64,000 nucleotides of DNA from Squalus acanthias. Its lineage: Eukaryota. The position numbers and the translations under genes are program-made. Of the stretch, positions 24,901 to 39,900 are shown piece by piece (the first letter of the stretch is position 1; every line of letters starts with the position of its first letter). The notes beneath the pieces are model-generated. The model saw only the letters and a list, made by a program, of their open reading frames with translations, was not told where the DNA came from and made no database searches. The stretch covers positions 310,001 through 374,000 of the forward strand of contig JASTWF010000244.1 of assembly GCA_030390025.1 (NCBI GenBank), read 5' to 3'.

Positions 24901-27900
24901 AAAAGTAAGAGATTAGTGAAAGTAAACATGAGTCCCTTAGAGGCAGAGACAAAACAAATTTCATGGGGAATAAGGAAATGACAGAGACGTTAAACAAATA
25001 TTTTGTGTCTATCTTTACAGTAAAGGACACAAAGAACATAACAGAAATTGTGGGGAACCAAAGGTCTAATGAGAGTGAGGAACTCAAATTAATATTGGTA
25101 AAGAAAAAGTACTGGAAAAATTAATGGGACTAAAAGCTGACAAATCTCGTGGACTTAATGGCCTACACCCTTTTTAAAAGAGGTGGCTGCAAAGTTAGTG
25201 GATGCATTGGTTTTGATCTTCCAGAATTCCCTAGATTCTAGAATGGTCCCCGTGGATTGGAAGGTAGCAAATGTAACACTGCTGTTCAAGAAAGGAGGGA
25301 GAGAAAACAGGGAACTATAGGCCAGTTAGCCTGACATCAGTAATAGGGAAAAAGCTAGAATCTCTCATTAACAATGTGGTAACAGATCACTCGGAAAATC
25401 ACAATACAATTAGACACAGTTTTATGAAAGGGAAATTGTGTTTGACAAAATCGAGTTTTTTGAGGGTACCACCATTTAGAAAGTACCCTGTTCTATGCTT
25501 TTTAGCTCCAAAGTGGATGACCTCACATTTGCCTACATTGAAATCCATTTGCCACAGTTTTGCCCATTCAATTAATCTATCTATGTTCTTAATGTCTTTT
25601 CATTGTGGAGAATTAAAGGATGAATTCTTGATTTAAATTAGATGAAAACCTCAGTAGAAATTCAATGTTAAACAATGGGCACAAGTCATTTTAAACAATT
25701 GTAAAATTTAACAAAAGCGCACTGAAAAATATTCCCATCTTACGCAAGGAAGAGGACATACCTTTCACTGTGAGCACAGTTTCCAGTGAACGACTACCAG
25801 GAAGTGATCGGTGCTTCATGACACACCTGTACTTATTATCATCATCATCCACTGTTGGTTCAATTCTCATTCTACTGGAAACATTAAAGGTTCCATCACT
25901 GTTGGAAATTGGGGCACCAGTGCAGATATCTGTTATTATTGTCACAGTTTTGTCCTTTGATATCTTCTCCCAGATGAGCTGATGCTCCGATGGATAAAAT
26001 CCTGTAACGTCACATCTCACAGACCCCTCTGAACCAGTCAAAATGGTAATGTGTTGTGTGGACAAATGGACCACTGGTTGAGCTGTGTTGAAGATAAATG
26101 TAACAATTGGTCAGACAGGCTGAAGGCACATTACCATAAACATCTAAAGCCAGATCAAATTTTTGTTGTGTAAACGTATGCTAAGCACACCACTTTCCTT
26201 CCTTCAGGTATTTCTCTCATATAATAATCTACTCGGTTTCTTCAAGGATGTGGATAATTCTATCTGGAGTGAATTAAGTAACTACTCCAATACCTCAAAT
26301 TCAGATTGAAGCATTCCAAATTCCTCCACCACCAACAAGCATTTTTATAGCATGTTTAATGTACAAAAATGTTTCAAGGTGCGTCACAAATGATGGGGAG
26401 GGAATAGAAGAGGTGACTAAAAGCATGGTGGAATACATATGTTTAGAGAAGGTGTTTGAAAGCAGAGAGAACACTCTGCTACCAGCAGTGGAATGGAGAG
26501 GGCAGGGAATGCACAGGAAGCCATTGAGGAACAAAATACTTGGGGTGGGGCACAAGAGTGGAGATGAGGAGAAAGGGGGGGACGAGGAGAAAGGGGGGCG
26601 ACGAGGAAAAAGGGGGGGACGAGGAGAAAGGGGGGGGCGAGGAGAAAGGGGGGCGACGAGGAAAAAGGGGGGGACGAGGAGAAAGGGGGGGGCGAGGAGA
26701 AAGGGGGGGCGAGGAGAAAGGGGGGGCGAGGAGAAAGGGGGGGGGACGAGGAGACAGGGGGAAATGAGGGGGAGGAGGCAAAGAGGGGGGGTGGAATAGG
26801 AAGAGGAGGTAGAGGTGAAGGAAAACAACAATGTATTTATATAACCTTCAATGTAGATAAACCTCCAAAAGGCACTTCAGAGAGGCATAATCCGTTTCAA
26901 AAAATGGTAAGGCAAAGGAGATATTTGGAGGGGTGGCCAAAAGCTTGGTCAAAGACATTGGTTTTAAGGAGGATCTTAAAGAATGAGAAGGAAGTGGAAA
27001 GATGGAAGGTGCTTAGGAAAAAAAATTGCCACAACATAGGGCAAGGTAGCTGAAGGAATGGTGGGATGGAGCAGTGCAGGATACTTAAGAGGCTATGGTC
27101 AGATTAACGGAGTGTTCGGGGCAGGGTTTGTAGGCATGGAGGAGGTTACAGAGATATGAAAGGGTAAGGCTACAAAGGAGTTAAACAATTTAAAATTCAT
27201 GAACAATACTTCAGCACTATTTATACATAACATTTTAAAAATATTTATTGTATTGAGATTTTCTAAACCCTGGACAAATCGGCCAGGAAATATTCTCATG
27301 CCATTGAATTTGGTTAGAATTGCTGCAGAAATTGGCCTTGACAGACCATAGAATTCTAAGGGCTATGGAAATAATACACTCTCAAAGGGTTTAGAGTGAT
27401 GGTATTAAAAGTCCTCAAATTTCCAGTAGTACATCTACCATATTAATATAACATTTTTGTGCAATTTTTAAATTATGTTTTATAATGATACTCTGTTGGG
27501 ATTGTGTGCATAATTTGTATTTTTTCACTGCTTATATAGCCCATCATAATTTCAATGTTGGGAGTATTCTCATTCGTTGGGTGTGTTTGTGACCGACTAA
27601 AACTCTTCTACTCTTCCCCAACACTGTACCTCACCTTTCTCCTCAGAGAAGTACCCCGACTGCACCATTGTAAGTTTCCAATTTCCCACACAGCCTTCCT
27701 GCTGGTCTCAGGAGTGAGATTGCCAATTCTGTGCCAAAATTAAGAGTGCTCAAACTCATTTCACACATACTGCTAGCAGACAGAGCGGAATCTCATTCCA
27801 TCAGTCTGGGCTGCATTCAAACCCAGACTTCACTGGTGAAAAGATAAGTGTGCTAACCCAATGAATCACCTATTCTACCTTGAGCATGTTTATTCTACAC

Positions 27901-30900
27901 CTTTATGCTTAAATGTACTGTACCTTAGTGTTTCCCCAACCCAACAACTTAATGCAGAGATCAACAACAGTTAACATTCTGGAGACTTACCTGACACCTG
28001 CATTTCTGAACTCTTTGATACCTTATCAGGAGTGACAAATACAGTACAAGTGTATTCTCCTTCTTCATTAAACTGTACATTTGGAAGATGAAGTGAAGCA
28101 TCTCCTTTCTGTAATTCGGTTTCAGACATTTTTGCTCCAGATCTTTTTGATGAATGTTTTCCTCCATTAAAGACATAGATCTCTTCATTTTTGGGCCCAA
28201 ACAACCACTGAACACCTACATTTGTTAAGTCGAGTGTTGGTGTTCTATAGCCTGTAACTTTACATTCCAGGGAAACATCTTCATTCACTAAGACATTCTT
28301 TGGTCTTGCAAATATGTTCACATCCAAGGCTTCTAAATATCAATAGAACAATTAAACATTAATATCTACATTCAAGTATCACAACTAGAAATAAAACAGA
28401 TTCAAAATATACTGCTTGATGTGGCACAGTAGCACTGCCATGGAATGGTTGGATGCAAGGCACATCCATGATTCCCTGACGTGGTGCACTATCAATCTCT
28501 CATCCCTTTGATTGGGGTTGAGCAAATGACAGATGCTTCCTCACAGGGAATTAGGGAGCATCACATTAGGTAATTCAAATGCATGCCCTAGCAACTGATT
28601 ATGAAGCAGAAAAGGTGGAAACTTCAAAGCAAGTTGTATGACTGTCCTCCCAGGTGGGTATGATGCTTAGAATGGGAATACTACAAAAAGAGAGAAAAAT
28701 AAATATTAGGATGATATATTTCTATTGACACACACACACACACACACGTCTCCAAATCTGTTGACTTTCTCTCTCAAAAGGTGACAATTGGTGCTGTTGT
28801 GGGGTTCAACAGTCACAGTAGCCCTCCAATATAGTCAGTGGTAGTCCTCAAATACCTTGTCCAAGTGGTTATTCTTCACATGTTAACGCAAACATTGTTA
28901 GAAAACTATTCAGCCATGAAGGTCTGCAGCTGATCTCTATCCTGTATTCCTGTCAACACACATGCACATTGCAGAAGTTTGTCGATGACAATCAGAAGTG
29001 GGTCACTGGGCTATACATGAAGTTTCTGTTTGTCAGATATGGAGGGAAACATTTACTCTGGCAGGGCTTTTGCTGACCTCCGCGGGCGACATCGGTGGCA
29101 AGTCCCGACCCCGCTGCTGGCTCCAGCCCGCTGTCCAAACTGACTTTTCATTGATGGGGCTTGTTAAGCCCGCCCAGCGCGTTTGCCGGTCCAATTAAAG
29201 GAAGCTGGTCTGATGACGTCATTTGACGACGCATCATCAGCCGGTTTCCTTAAAGGGACCATGGCCAACCTTATTTTGACATTTGTGCTGTCGGTGTTCT
29301 ACAGCATTGAGGTGCTGCAAACACTGACAAGCACTGTACAGAGGTGCAGGGCTGCACTCAGGTTCTCCCATGACTCCCTCCATATGCTTATGGAGGGAGT
29401 TACAGCACACAGGGAGCTCCCCTTCTCTTCCCATGGGCGGAAGAGAACTCCCCAGGAGACCAACACAGCCTGGTTGCACATTGCACAGGAGGTCACAAGC
29501 AGGGATGTTGTCAGGAGGACCTGGGTGCAGTGGCACAAACCTTTTAATGATCTCAGTAGATCACAAAACGTTAGTAAAACACCACACCCCCTTCATCCTG
29601 CTGTGCCTCTCATCACATCCCCTACCTTCCCCCTGCACATCCTTACTCTCACCAACTTACCTTGCACCTCCACCCATCCCTCTTTCTCTGTCTACATTAT
29701 CACAACCCCATCTCACTAGCCACCCTCACACTCACCCTCATCTGAGTGCAATCATACCAACTAACAACACACAAGGGTAGCCACTTGTGTGTTTTATCCA
29801 ATGTTCATGTAAAGTTTCTGTTAATGTGCTGTCAAACATTGAAATCTTTATTTTCAACACTTTGCGTTCTTGGACAGATTTGTGAGCACCTTTAGAAGTG
29901 GCTTAGTGAGCTGCAGTGAATGGTGAGACATAACGGTACCCACTGCAATGATGGTGAGTGTGAAAGGAATGGCTTGGGTATTGTAGGGATGCTTTATGGT
30001 GTTGGTGTGGGGTGGTGCCAACCTGGCGCATCATGTGGCAGCCAGGGTGTACAGCGTCAAGTGAAATAAATCTGGCCATGGTGAGGCCGTCCCTGGCCTC
30101 CCGGGCAGCAATGTGCTCGGGTGCTGATGCCCTCTGTCCTGTGCAGCATCAGGTGATTGCGGAGAAGGTTGGTGTTGTTGTTGCTGCAGGTGTGCCTGGT
30201 GCTGCTCGTGTTGGGGCTGGTCGTGGTCGGATTCTGAGGACCAAAATGAGACAGTATAAAGGGCACCCATGTTGATGGAATAGATGGCAGGTGAAGTAGA
30301 GATGACGGTGAAGTAGAGATGACAGAAGCATTCTGTCAACGGTGAAAGAGTTCTTCCAATGAGGTGAGAGTGGAAAGCCTGAAGAATATGTGCTGGAAAT
30401 TGACTGAGAAACAGCTTGTGGCTGAGGCAAGTGATGATCTGTCAGGTGGGAGCTTTTACTGTGCATTTGAAGCTGTCAAATAATCAGCTGGAGCAATGGC
30501 CACTGAACTCCCGCCTCAGGTTGACAGCCGTGGTCCCCGACCAGCGTGGTTCCCATAGCCATGAAGTTACAGTGAAAAGGTAAGTTAAAAAAGCCTGTTA
30601 ATGATCTGTTAATGACATTATAATGAGTTTAATTAGGACCCCCGCCGCTGCCTGTCGGGGCTGCTCAGCGCTGAAAGACCCGACATTGGGAAAGGCACGT
30701 GGCGGTGGGTTGACAGCGGGGTCCTGACCCGGTCAAAAAAAATCCACTTTTCCACCCGACCCACTACCGATCCCACCCGCTGAACCTCCCGTAAAATTCC
30801 GGCCTCTGTAAGGGCACATTCCATTTACCCAAGTTCAGAAAACTTAGAAGCAGGTTTGCAAATGCCACACTTTAGCGCCCCCCTCCCCCACCAAGTGTAT

Positions 30901-33900
30901 TCAAACTACTGCTGGAGTGTAATTTGCTGAAGCCACCCAGCTTACCAGTACATAATTCCTGTAAGCTTCCCACTGTTTGCCCAACTAGGACCATCCCACT
31001 CATTAGGTTATTGGCTTGCACAGTTACTTGGAGCTGGCCTGATAGAATCCAAGACCCCAGTGACAGGTCTCATTAATAACATATTCTGGCTCACCAATCA
31101 ATAGTGCCGGCAGACTTGCCTGGCTTAGGTATCAGACTATTGATACAGCCACCAAAAAGGTAAATTTTAAATAAAATACTTACCTCAATGTGGAGCTGGG
31201 AGAAGCAGGATTGCTCCTCTCAGCTCCTCAGCAGTCCTGACGACTGTTTTTTTAAATTAGTTTGTGGGATGTGAGCGTCGTTGGCAAGGCCAGCATTTAT
31301 TGCCCATCCCTAATTGCCCTTGAGAAGGTGGTGGTGAGCCGCCTCTTGAACCGCTGCAGTTCGTGTGGTGAAGGTACTCCCACAGTGCTGTTAGGGAGGG
31401 AGTTCCAGGATTTTGACCCAGCGACGATGAAGGATCGGCTATATACTTCTAAGTCAGGATGGTGTGTGACTTGGAGGGAAATTTGGAGGTGGTGGTGTTC
31501 CCATGCGCCTGCTGCCCTTATCCTTCTAGGTGGAAGAGGTTGCGGGTTTGGGAGGTGCTGCCGAAGAAGCCTTGGTGAGTTGCTGCAGTGCATCTTGTAG
31601 ATGGTACACACTGCAGCCACGGTATGCCGATGGTGGAGGGAGTGAATGTTTAAGGTGGTGGATGGGGTGCCAATCAAGCAGGTTGCTTTGTCCTGGATGG
31701 TGTCGAGCTTCTTGAGTGTTGTTGGAGCTGCACTCATCCAGGCAAGTGGAGAGTATTCCATCACACTCCTTACTTGTGCCTTGTAGATGGTGGAAAGGCT
31801 TTGGGGAATCAGGAGGTGAGACATTCATCACAGAATACCTAGCCTCTGACCTGCCCTTGTTGCCACAGTATTTATGTGGCTGGTCCAGTTAAGTTTCTGG
31901 ACAATGGTGACCCCCCAGGATGTTGATGGTGGGGGATTCGGCGATGATAATGCTGTTGAATGTCAAGGGGAGGTGGTTAGACTCTCGCTTGTTGGAGATA
32001 GTCATTGCCTGGCACTTCTGTGGCACGAATGTTACCTGCCATTTATCAGCCCAAGCCTGAATGTCGTCCAGGGCATGGACGGCTTCATTACCTGAGGAGT
32101 TGTGAATGGCGCTGAACACTGTGCAGTCATCAGCGAACATCCCCATTTCTGACCTTATGTTTGAGGGGAGGTCATTGATGAAGCAGCTGAAGATGTTTGG
32201 GCCTAGGACACTGCCCTGAGGAACTCCTGCAACGATGTCCTGGGGCTGTGATGATTGACCTTCAACCACCACAATCATGTTCCTTTGTGCTAGGTATGAC
32301 TCCAGCCAGTGGAGCATTTTCCCCCCTGATTCCCATTGACTTCAGTTTTACTAGGGCTCCTTGATGCCACACTTGGTCAAATGCTGCCTTGATGTCAAAG
32401 GCAGTCACTCTTACCTCACCTCTGGAATTCAGCTCCTTTGTCCATGTTTGGACCAAGGCTGTAATGAGGTCGGGGCCGAGTGGTCTTGGCGGAACCCAGA
32501 CTGGGCATCAGTGAGCAGGTTATTGGTGAGTAAGTGCCGCTTGATAGCACTGTCGATGACACCTTCCATCACTTTGCTGATGATTGAGATTAGACTGATG
32601 GGGCGGTAATTGGCCGGGTTGGATTTGTCCTGCTTTTTGTGGACAGGACATACCTGGGCAGTTTTCCACATTGTCGGATAGATGCCAGTGTTGCAGCTGT
32701 ATTGGAACAGCGCGGCTAGTTCTGGAGCACAAGTGTTCAGCATGATAGCCGGGATGTTGTTGGGGCCCATAGCCTTTTCTGTATCCAATGCGCTCAGCTG
32801 TTACTTGATATCACGTGGAGTGAATCGAATTGGCTGAAGACTGGCTTCTGTGGTGGTGGCGACCTCAGGAGCAGGATTCCTCCTGTCAGCTCCTCAGCAG
32901 TCCTGACGACCGATGCAGCAGCCCGCAACTTACAGCTGCATTGCTGGTGACTTGCCTGGGGCCTACTTTACATGAGGCTGGAGGCCCAATTTCTCGGGAC
33001 TACCTGTTCTGGCACAACTTAGATTGATAAAACTAATTATATTGCCTTCATCATATTTGCATTTCAGATCAGCTTTCTCATCACAGATTGTGGGTCCAAC
33101 TGGAACCTTCCTGGTCTGTATGGAAAGTCATCTTTTCTAATAGCTTGTCTCCAAGATCACTAATACACTGCAAAACAAGACCCCTTTTCAACATGCAGCC
33201 TATAACCATATGCCTTGCCATTTTCACACAGGTACTGGAATATAAACCGTAAAAAACAAGTTGTACTTAGCCTGACTCTCTCTTCTCTGTGGTTTATATC
33301 ACAAGTATGTGTGGGGCAATATTTCCAACAATGTTGTAACAGTAGTCGAGTCTGGATGTGACAAAGGCAGGCATGAGGATTTCAGCAGCAGATGGACAGA
33401 GGTCGAGTAGGGCGATGTTACAGAGGCAGTCCTTGTGATGGAGCGATATGGAGCAGGAGGCTTAGCACAGAATCAAATGAGTTGTCAAGGTTGCAAACAC
33501 TTTGGTTCAACCCAAGACAGTGGCTGGGAAAGGGGATGGAATCGGAGGCGAGGGTACGGAGTTTGTGGCGATGTCCAAAGACAATGGGGCAGAAATTCGG
33601 GTCCCCACGGGTGAGTATGTGCTGTGTACTCACCCGTAGGGCCACCGGAAGTGCCGATTTCGCACATGTACTGCGCATGCACGGGAAACCGGAACTTCCG
33701 GTCTCGTGAAGGAAGGGGTTCGAGGGTCAACCGCGTGCGCGGGAGAGGCAGCGCGCACGCAGCAAACTTCGGCTTTTTTTTTATACAGGTTTCCCCGTGA
33801 GGGTAAGTCCCTGGCAGCTACGCGGGGAAAAAGCAGGCGCAAGGCCTGCTTTTAACAAGGTAAGTGGTGAATTAAGTAAAATTAAAACATTTTTTCCACA

Positions 33901-36900
33901 GGTTTATTATTTTTAAATACTTTAAAGAAAGCTAAGTTTATTTTTAGCCCCGTTAAAAACTGTAATTAATTTTTTCAAAAATTTAAATTATTGTTTAAAA
34001 TAGTTATTTTATGTAATTTATGTTTTTTATGTTATTTTGAAAATGTGATGATTTAAAAAAAAATTATTTGAAGTTTTAGTTAGGTTTTGGGGCCGATCTC
34101 TATTCATAGATTTGACAGGTCTTCCTGTCAAATCTATGAATGGAGATTCCCTGCTCCGATTGGCTCCCCATGGCCCATGTGATCCCAGGGGATGCTTCGA
34201 ACTAACTGCGCCCCTGGGATACGCGAGCACTGCACACCGGCAGCTGGAGGAGGCCCAGGATCGGAATTCCACGCGGGCCCAGAGCACAACGGCAGGCGCG
34301 CTATGTAAGTGCACCCGCTATGCTTGCACCCGCGGGAAGCCTCCGACCCGAATTTCTTGCCCAATGGCTTTGGTGTTCCCGATGTACAATTGGAGGAAAT
34401 TGTGACTCATCTAGGACTAGACGTCAGACAAAGTCTGACAACACAGAGGCAGTGGAGGGGTCAATACAGGAGGTGGAGAGTTAGAGCTGGGTGTTTTCAG
34501 TATATATGTGGAACCTGACCCGTGTCTTCAGATGATGTCACCAAGGGGCAGCATGTAGATAAGTCGGAGGAAGGAGCTAAGTATAGATCTTTAGGAGACT
34601 CCAGAGGTAACGGTGCAGGGGAAGGAAAAGAAGCAATTGCTGGAGATGTTCTGGAGACATTTGGATTGGTCAAGAGAGGATAAAAAGAGAGAAACCTAAA
34701 CCCCAACCTTTCTTTATGTATTACATCTATCTAATCACAGTCTGTTCTAACATTCCATACAACAACATTACGCAAGGCCCTCTAATTCTACATATATATT
34801 CTTTATCCAAGTCCAATATTAATATAAACTGTAAAATAATTCCTTGATTTTAAAGCTGTTTCTAAAATAATTACGACATTTTTCCCAATGAATAGAAGCT
34901 TTTTCATTTAAGAAGGAAATAAGTTTTTGGACTGCACCAGGGAACAAGACATGGAAGGACTCGGTCCAGCTATTTGTGCGTCTTTCTTATTTTACACGAC
35001 AAATGAACAAACAAACTTGCATTTACAGAGCACCTATCACAGCCTCAGGGTGTCCCAAATGCTTCACAGTCAATGAATTACTTTTGAAATGCACTCACTG
35101 TTGTTGCATGGGCAAAAAGGAGTTATCCCTTTTAGTGCAGACCATCGTGGCTTCCTGCTGACCCTGATTGCACCGGTGAACAAGGGATGGGAAGATGAGA
35201 ACAGGCTACAGGGAGCAGCAAATATGACCACCCACAGTTCCATAAAATACTTTACAGGCCAGTGACAAACCAAATAACACCACAGGACAGGTAGAATAGC
35301 ACAAGGGAAATACAAATAAACAAGGAGGTTAAACAACATATAAGCCAACTCTAGAAGTTAGAGGGGCAGTAAATGGCCATAGTCATAATCAGCAGCCAAT
35401 GAATGCTTCTTTTCCACTGGAGCAGCAAATATGGGGATAAAAAAGTGTACATGAGAACCGCTAACTTAATCTCACTGTAGGTGGGACACAGACCAGTGGT
35501 TAAATGGAGCCAGGGTGCTGAGGTATGGTGTCCTGCCATTGAAGAGAGTTTCCCACAATGTGAATTCCTTGAGTTCTGCTGCTCACAAATCCAATTGCTC
35601 TCGCAGATGGGCAGTGGGAAAGCCATTTTTTCTTAATGATCAGCCAGCCCAGACAACATCAAGGGATGTCCCAATTGCTGACTAACACTTCAGCATGAAC
35701 CTCTGTACCAGGAGGACAAAGGGGAGGTCTCAGTTCAGAATGTGGAATATGGAGACACTGATGCAGAGTAAGTGAGCAGCAGACTGACTGAATTGTTGAA
35801 AAGAGCCAAGTCTCTTCTGTGACAAAAATGAAGCATTTTTGGCATTGTTAGATTATCTATTACTGGCTTTATTACTGGCTATAATGTTAGAGTCAGTTAT
35901 TGCATAATGCTTTTTGCAAGCTGGAGGGAATCCACAATACAATCTAGCTAATATTCATATTTCAAGGCAAGATAGAGACATGCACAATTCTGCAATTCAT
36001 TGGTGTGCATGGGATGTTCACATTGTACCTGGACGGGGATTGTCACTGAAAGTATTTGGCACAGATCAATGAATCAAGCCAACCCGTGCAATTCCATCAT
36101 CCTAGGTGTCTGAGGTCGTGGTTTTGATTGACAGCTGTGACTGAGGGGAAGATGTAAGTCAGGTCTATGAGGGGAAGCAGAGCCCACAATTCTTTGTAGT
36201 CTCTGAGTTACAGCTCTGTGGCCAGGAGCTTCCGATTATGAGCTAATGTTTGTCACCCTGTGCTCAGCTCGCCAGTTTGTCTAAAGCCAGGAGGCAGACT
36301 GCTTTATCAGTGACTCTTTGGTAGTGTTTCACCATAAACGGAGTTTCAAAAATAAATTTTACATTGGTGGTAGCCAGGATAAGCATCTTAGTTCTTTTGA
36401 CAATGAGGAGAATAGCAAAGGTTGAAACTAACGTAGGTATACCCTTTTTACCAACTATCAGTTACTTACCTTTTTAACACTGAACAAATTTGTTTGTTGG
36501 TTTATAGACTGAGCCTCGTTCCGATAGACTGTATATAAAACTCACCCAGGAAAGACAAACAGTGGTGGCACGTCATATATTCCAGTAAACCAAATGCAGA
36601 CCTGAAACGTTAACTCTGTTTCTCTCTCCACAGATGCTGCCTGACCTGCTGAGTATTTCCAGCATTTTCTGTTTTTATTTCAAATACAAGGGCAATTGTC
36701 TGAGGCTGAACCAGACTGTTCACAACCTTGGTGTCATATCTGACCCCGAGATGAGCTTCCAACCACATATCCGCGCCATCACTAAGACCGCCTATTTTCA
36801 ACTCGGGAACATCACCCGACTCCGCCCCTGCCTCAGCTCATCTGCTGCTGAAACCCTCATCCATGCCTTTGTTACCTCAATCTACACTTGACTATTCCAA

Positions 36901-39900
36901 CATATTCCTGGCTGGCCTCCCACGTTTTACTCTCCGTAAACTTGGTCATCTAAAACTCTGCTGCCTGCGTCCTTACTCGCACCAAGTCCCATTCACCTAT
37001 CACCCCTGTGTTCGTTCATCTACATAGGCTCCCAGTTAAGCAACACCTTGATTTTAAAATTCTCATTTTCAAATCCCTCCATGGCCTCGCCCCTCTCTAT
37101 CACTGTAACCTCCTCCAGCCCCACACCTCTCCGAGATATCTGCGCTCCTCTAACTCTGGCCTCTTGAGCATCCTCGATTTTAATCGCTCCACCATTGGTG
37201 GCCATGCCTTCAGCTGCTTAAACCTCTCCGCCCCTCTCTACCTCTCTTTCCTCCTTTAGGACGCTCCTTAAAACCTACCTCTTTGACCAAGCTTTTGGTC
37301 ATCTGCCCTAATATCTCCTTATGTGGCTGAGTGTCAAATTGTGTTTTATAACGCTCCTGTGAAGCGCCTTGGGACGATTTTCTATGTTAAAGTTGCTATA
37401 TAAATACAAGTTGTTGTTGTTGTTGTGGCAATCGTTCTCAGTTTAATCCCTGGGACTCACTATATTTGTATAAATAGTGGGCAGATAAACACAAACTCTG
37501 GTTCCTCGGGGAGACACGGTTAGCTTACATAATTGATCAGTGACGCTGAAGCCAAATAGTATATCTAACAGAAAACCCTAAAACATAATATTTTGTATTT
37601 TTATATAATGTTGGTGCAACACTATTGGATATGGTGAATTTCCGTCTTTTGTTTAATGACAGCGAGGGCAGTAGTCTCTTTTCTATGTCAGTACCATGTA
37701 GGTTTTCAGGTTGATTTCTTTGATTTTCATGGGGTTGATTTTTGGAATGCAGAAGGAAGGGTGGCTTGATCAGCAAGTGCCTGTGGTTTTGGTTACTGTA
37801 CGATGCTACTGCTTCGATCAAAGACCAAACTGCAAGTAGGAAGCTTCATCATGTGAAACAGGAATTTCCCCTTGTAATACAGAAACCGATTCAAAAAAGG
37901 AACCTCGGGGAGGAACTGCAGCCAAGACTGGTGCATACTAAAGATCATGGCCCCGAAATTTGGCTCCTTTGCGCCTGCCGTTAGCACCTCCGGGGGATGC
38001 TAACGGAGCGCAAAGGGCTTATCGCCTGGGCGGCGCCTCCCGAGAAATTCGGTGGGGCGCTACTGAAGCGCTAGCTGATAGCGCCGTGCCCCCGCTGGTA
38101 GCGCCCCAGGCCACTGTCAACGCCGGCGCCATCGCTCCCGACACCACCCCGAGAGGAAGTGGAGCGCCTGAGATAGCGCTCTGCTTCCTCGCCGGGGCGG
38201 TAAGCCAAATTTAGCGGCCGAGGCGATAGTTCCGTGTCGGGCGCTAAATCTCCGGCAATAATTTGGTCACCGCTCCCAAATGGGGCCTAACTGAATTTCG
38301 CCCCATAAAGTCCACGATATTAACCCCTTCCCACGACGGGCAGGACAATGTCGGCGGGGGGGGGGGAGGATTAAAAAATGAAATCCACGTAACCTGACCC
38401 CAACATGCCGCTCACATGCCTGCTGACATTTTTACGACGGCGGAATTCGGGACGTCCGAGTGTCCGTCCATGGAGAGGCGGGACGCTTATTAACATATTT
38501 AAATAGGACTCCAACAGTGCAATTGGGAGCCTGATTTGAAATTAACTTGTGCGGGATGGGTTTCCCGGGGGACGGGAAACTCGGCAGTGAAACGGAGGCG
38601 GGAGCTGTCGGCTTCCCAAGGTAAGTGGCTTCTTCAAGAGACTGGGGGGGGGGGGAAGAGAGAGCGAGAGCGAGTTGNNNNNNNNNNNNNNNNNNNNNNN
38701 NNNNNNNNNNNNNNNNNNNNNNNNNNNNNNNNNNNNNNNNNNNNNNNNNNNNNNNNNNNNNNNNNNNNNNNNNNNNNNNNNNNNNNNNNNNNNNNNNNNN
38801 NNNNNNNNNNNNNNNGAGAGACCGACTGGGGAGGGAGAGAGAGACCGACGGGGAGGGAGAGAGAGACCGACTGGGGAGGGAGAGAGAGAGACGAGGGAGA
38901 GAGAGAGAGACTGGGGGGAGAGAGAGAGAGAGAGACTGGGGAGCTACAGAGAGAGACTGGGGAGCGAGAGAGAGAGACTGGGGAGCGAGAGAGAGAAAGA
39001 GAGTCGGGGGGAGAGAGAGAGAGACGAGGGAGAGAGAGAGAGAGACTGGGGGAAAGGAGAGAGAGAGACTGGGGGAGAGAGAGAGAGAGACTGGGTGAGG
39101 GTGAGGTAGAGAGACGGGGGGAGAGAGAGACGAGGGAGAGAGACTGGGGGAGAAGGAGAGAGAGACTGGGGGAGAGAAAGAGAGAGACTGGGTGAGGGTG
39201 AGGTAGAGAGACTGGGGGGTGAGAGAGAGACTGGGTGAGGGTGAGGTAGAGAGACTGGAGGGTGAGAGAGATGGGGGAGAGGGAAACTGGGGGAGAGAGA
39301 GAGAGAGAGAGAGACTGCGGGGGGAGAGAGAGACGAGGGAGAGAGACTGGGGGAGAAGGAGAGAGAGACTGGGGGAAAGAGAGAGAGAGAGAGAGACTGG
39401 GTGAGGGTGAGGTAGAGAGGCTGGGGGGTGAGAGAGAGATTTAGAGGGAGGGGGTCAGAGAGAGACAGAGAGAGACCCAGAGGGAGAGAGGGACAGGGAG
39501 AGAGAGGGGCGAGTATCCAGACGCACGTAGTCCGTTCTCGGGGACTGAGCCGCAGACGCACTTGGGAACAACACTGGTGGAGGCGCAGCACATGTACAAG
39601 GGCCGCTGGAAGGACGCTAAAGCAAACAAGTTTCAGGCCCCCGGGGAAACAAAAATATGAAAAAAAAATTTAATTTAGAAAATTGTTTAAAGCCGGAAAA
39701 ATTACGGGAAAATTATGTTGAATGTCCCGCGGTAAGTTCCAGTTAAATTTTGCCAGGTGATGTCCCCTTTTTGAAAGAGTCTATCAGGATTATTTAAGTC
39801 ATGTTATGAGAGAGGGGAAAAAGTTTGTGCCCTCGTTTGTACCTCAGAGTCTGAGAGAGACGGAGGGAACGGCAGCAGAAAAAGAGGAAACAACTTCACC

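Noticed and set aside
26301-26831. Pro/Phe-rich and Gly/Arg-rich ORFs
   Set aside because: Products of the purine minisatellite.
35090-36340. Possible very old Harbinger transposase remnant (a similar case at about 56640-57240)
   Set aside because: Only faint motif traces; too degraded to support boundaries.
38536-39673. Long Glu/Arg/Gly-rich and Ser/Leu/Pro-rich ORFs
   Set aside because: Translations of the (GA)n compound repeat and the N gap.
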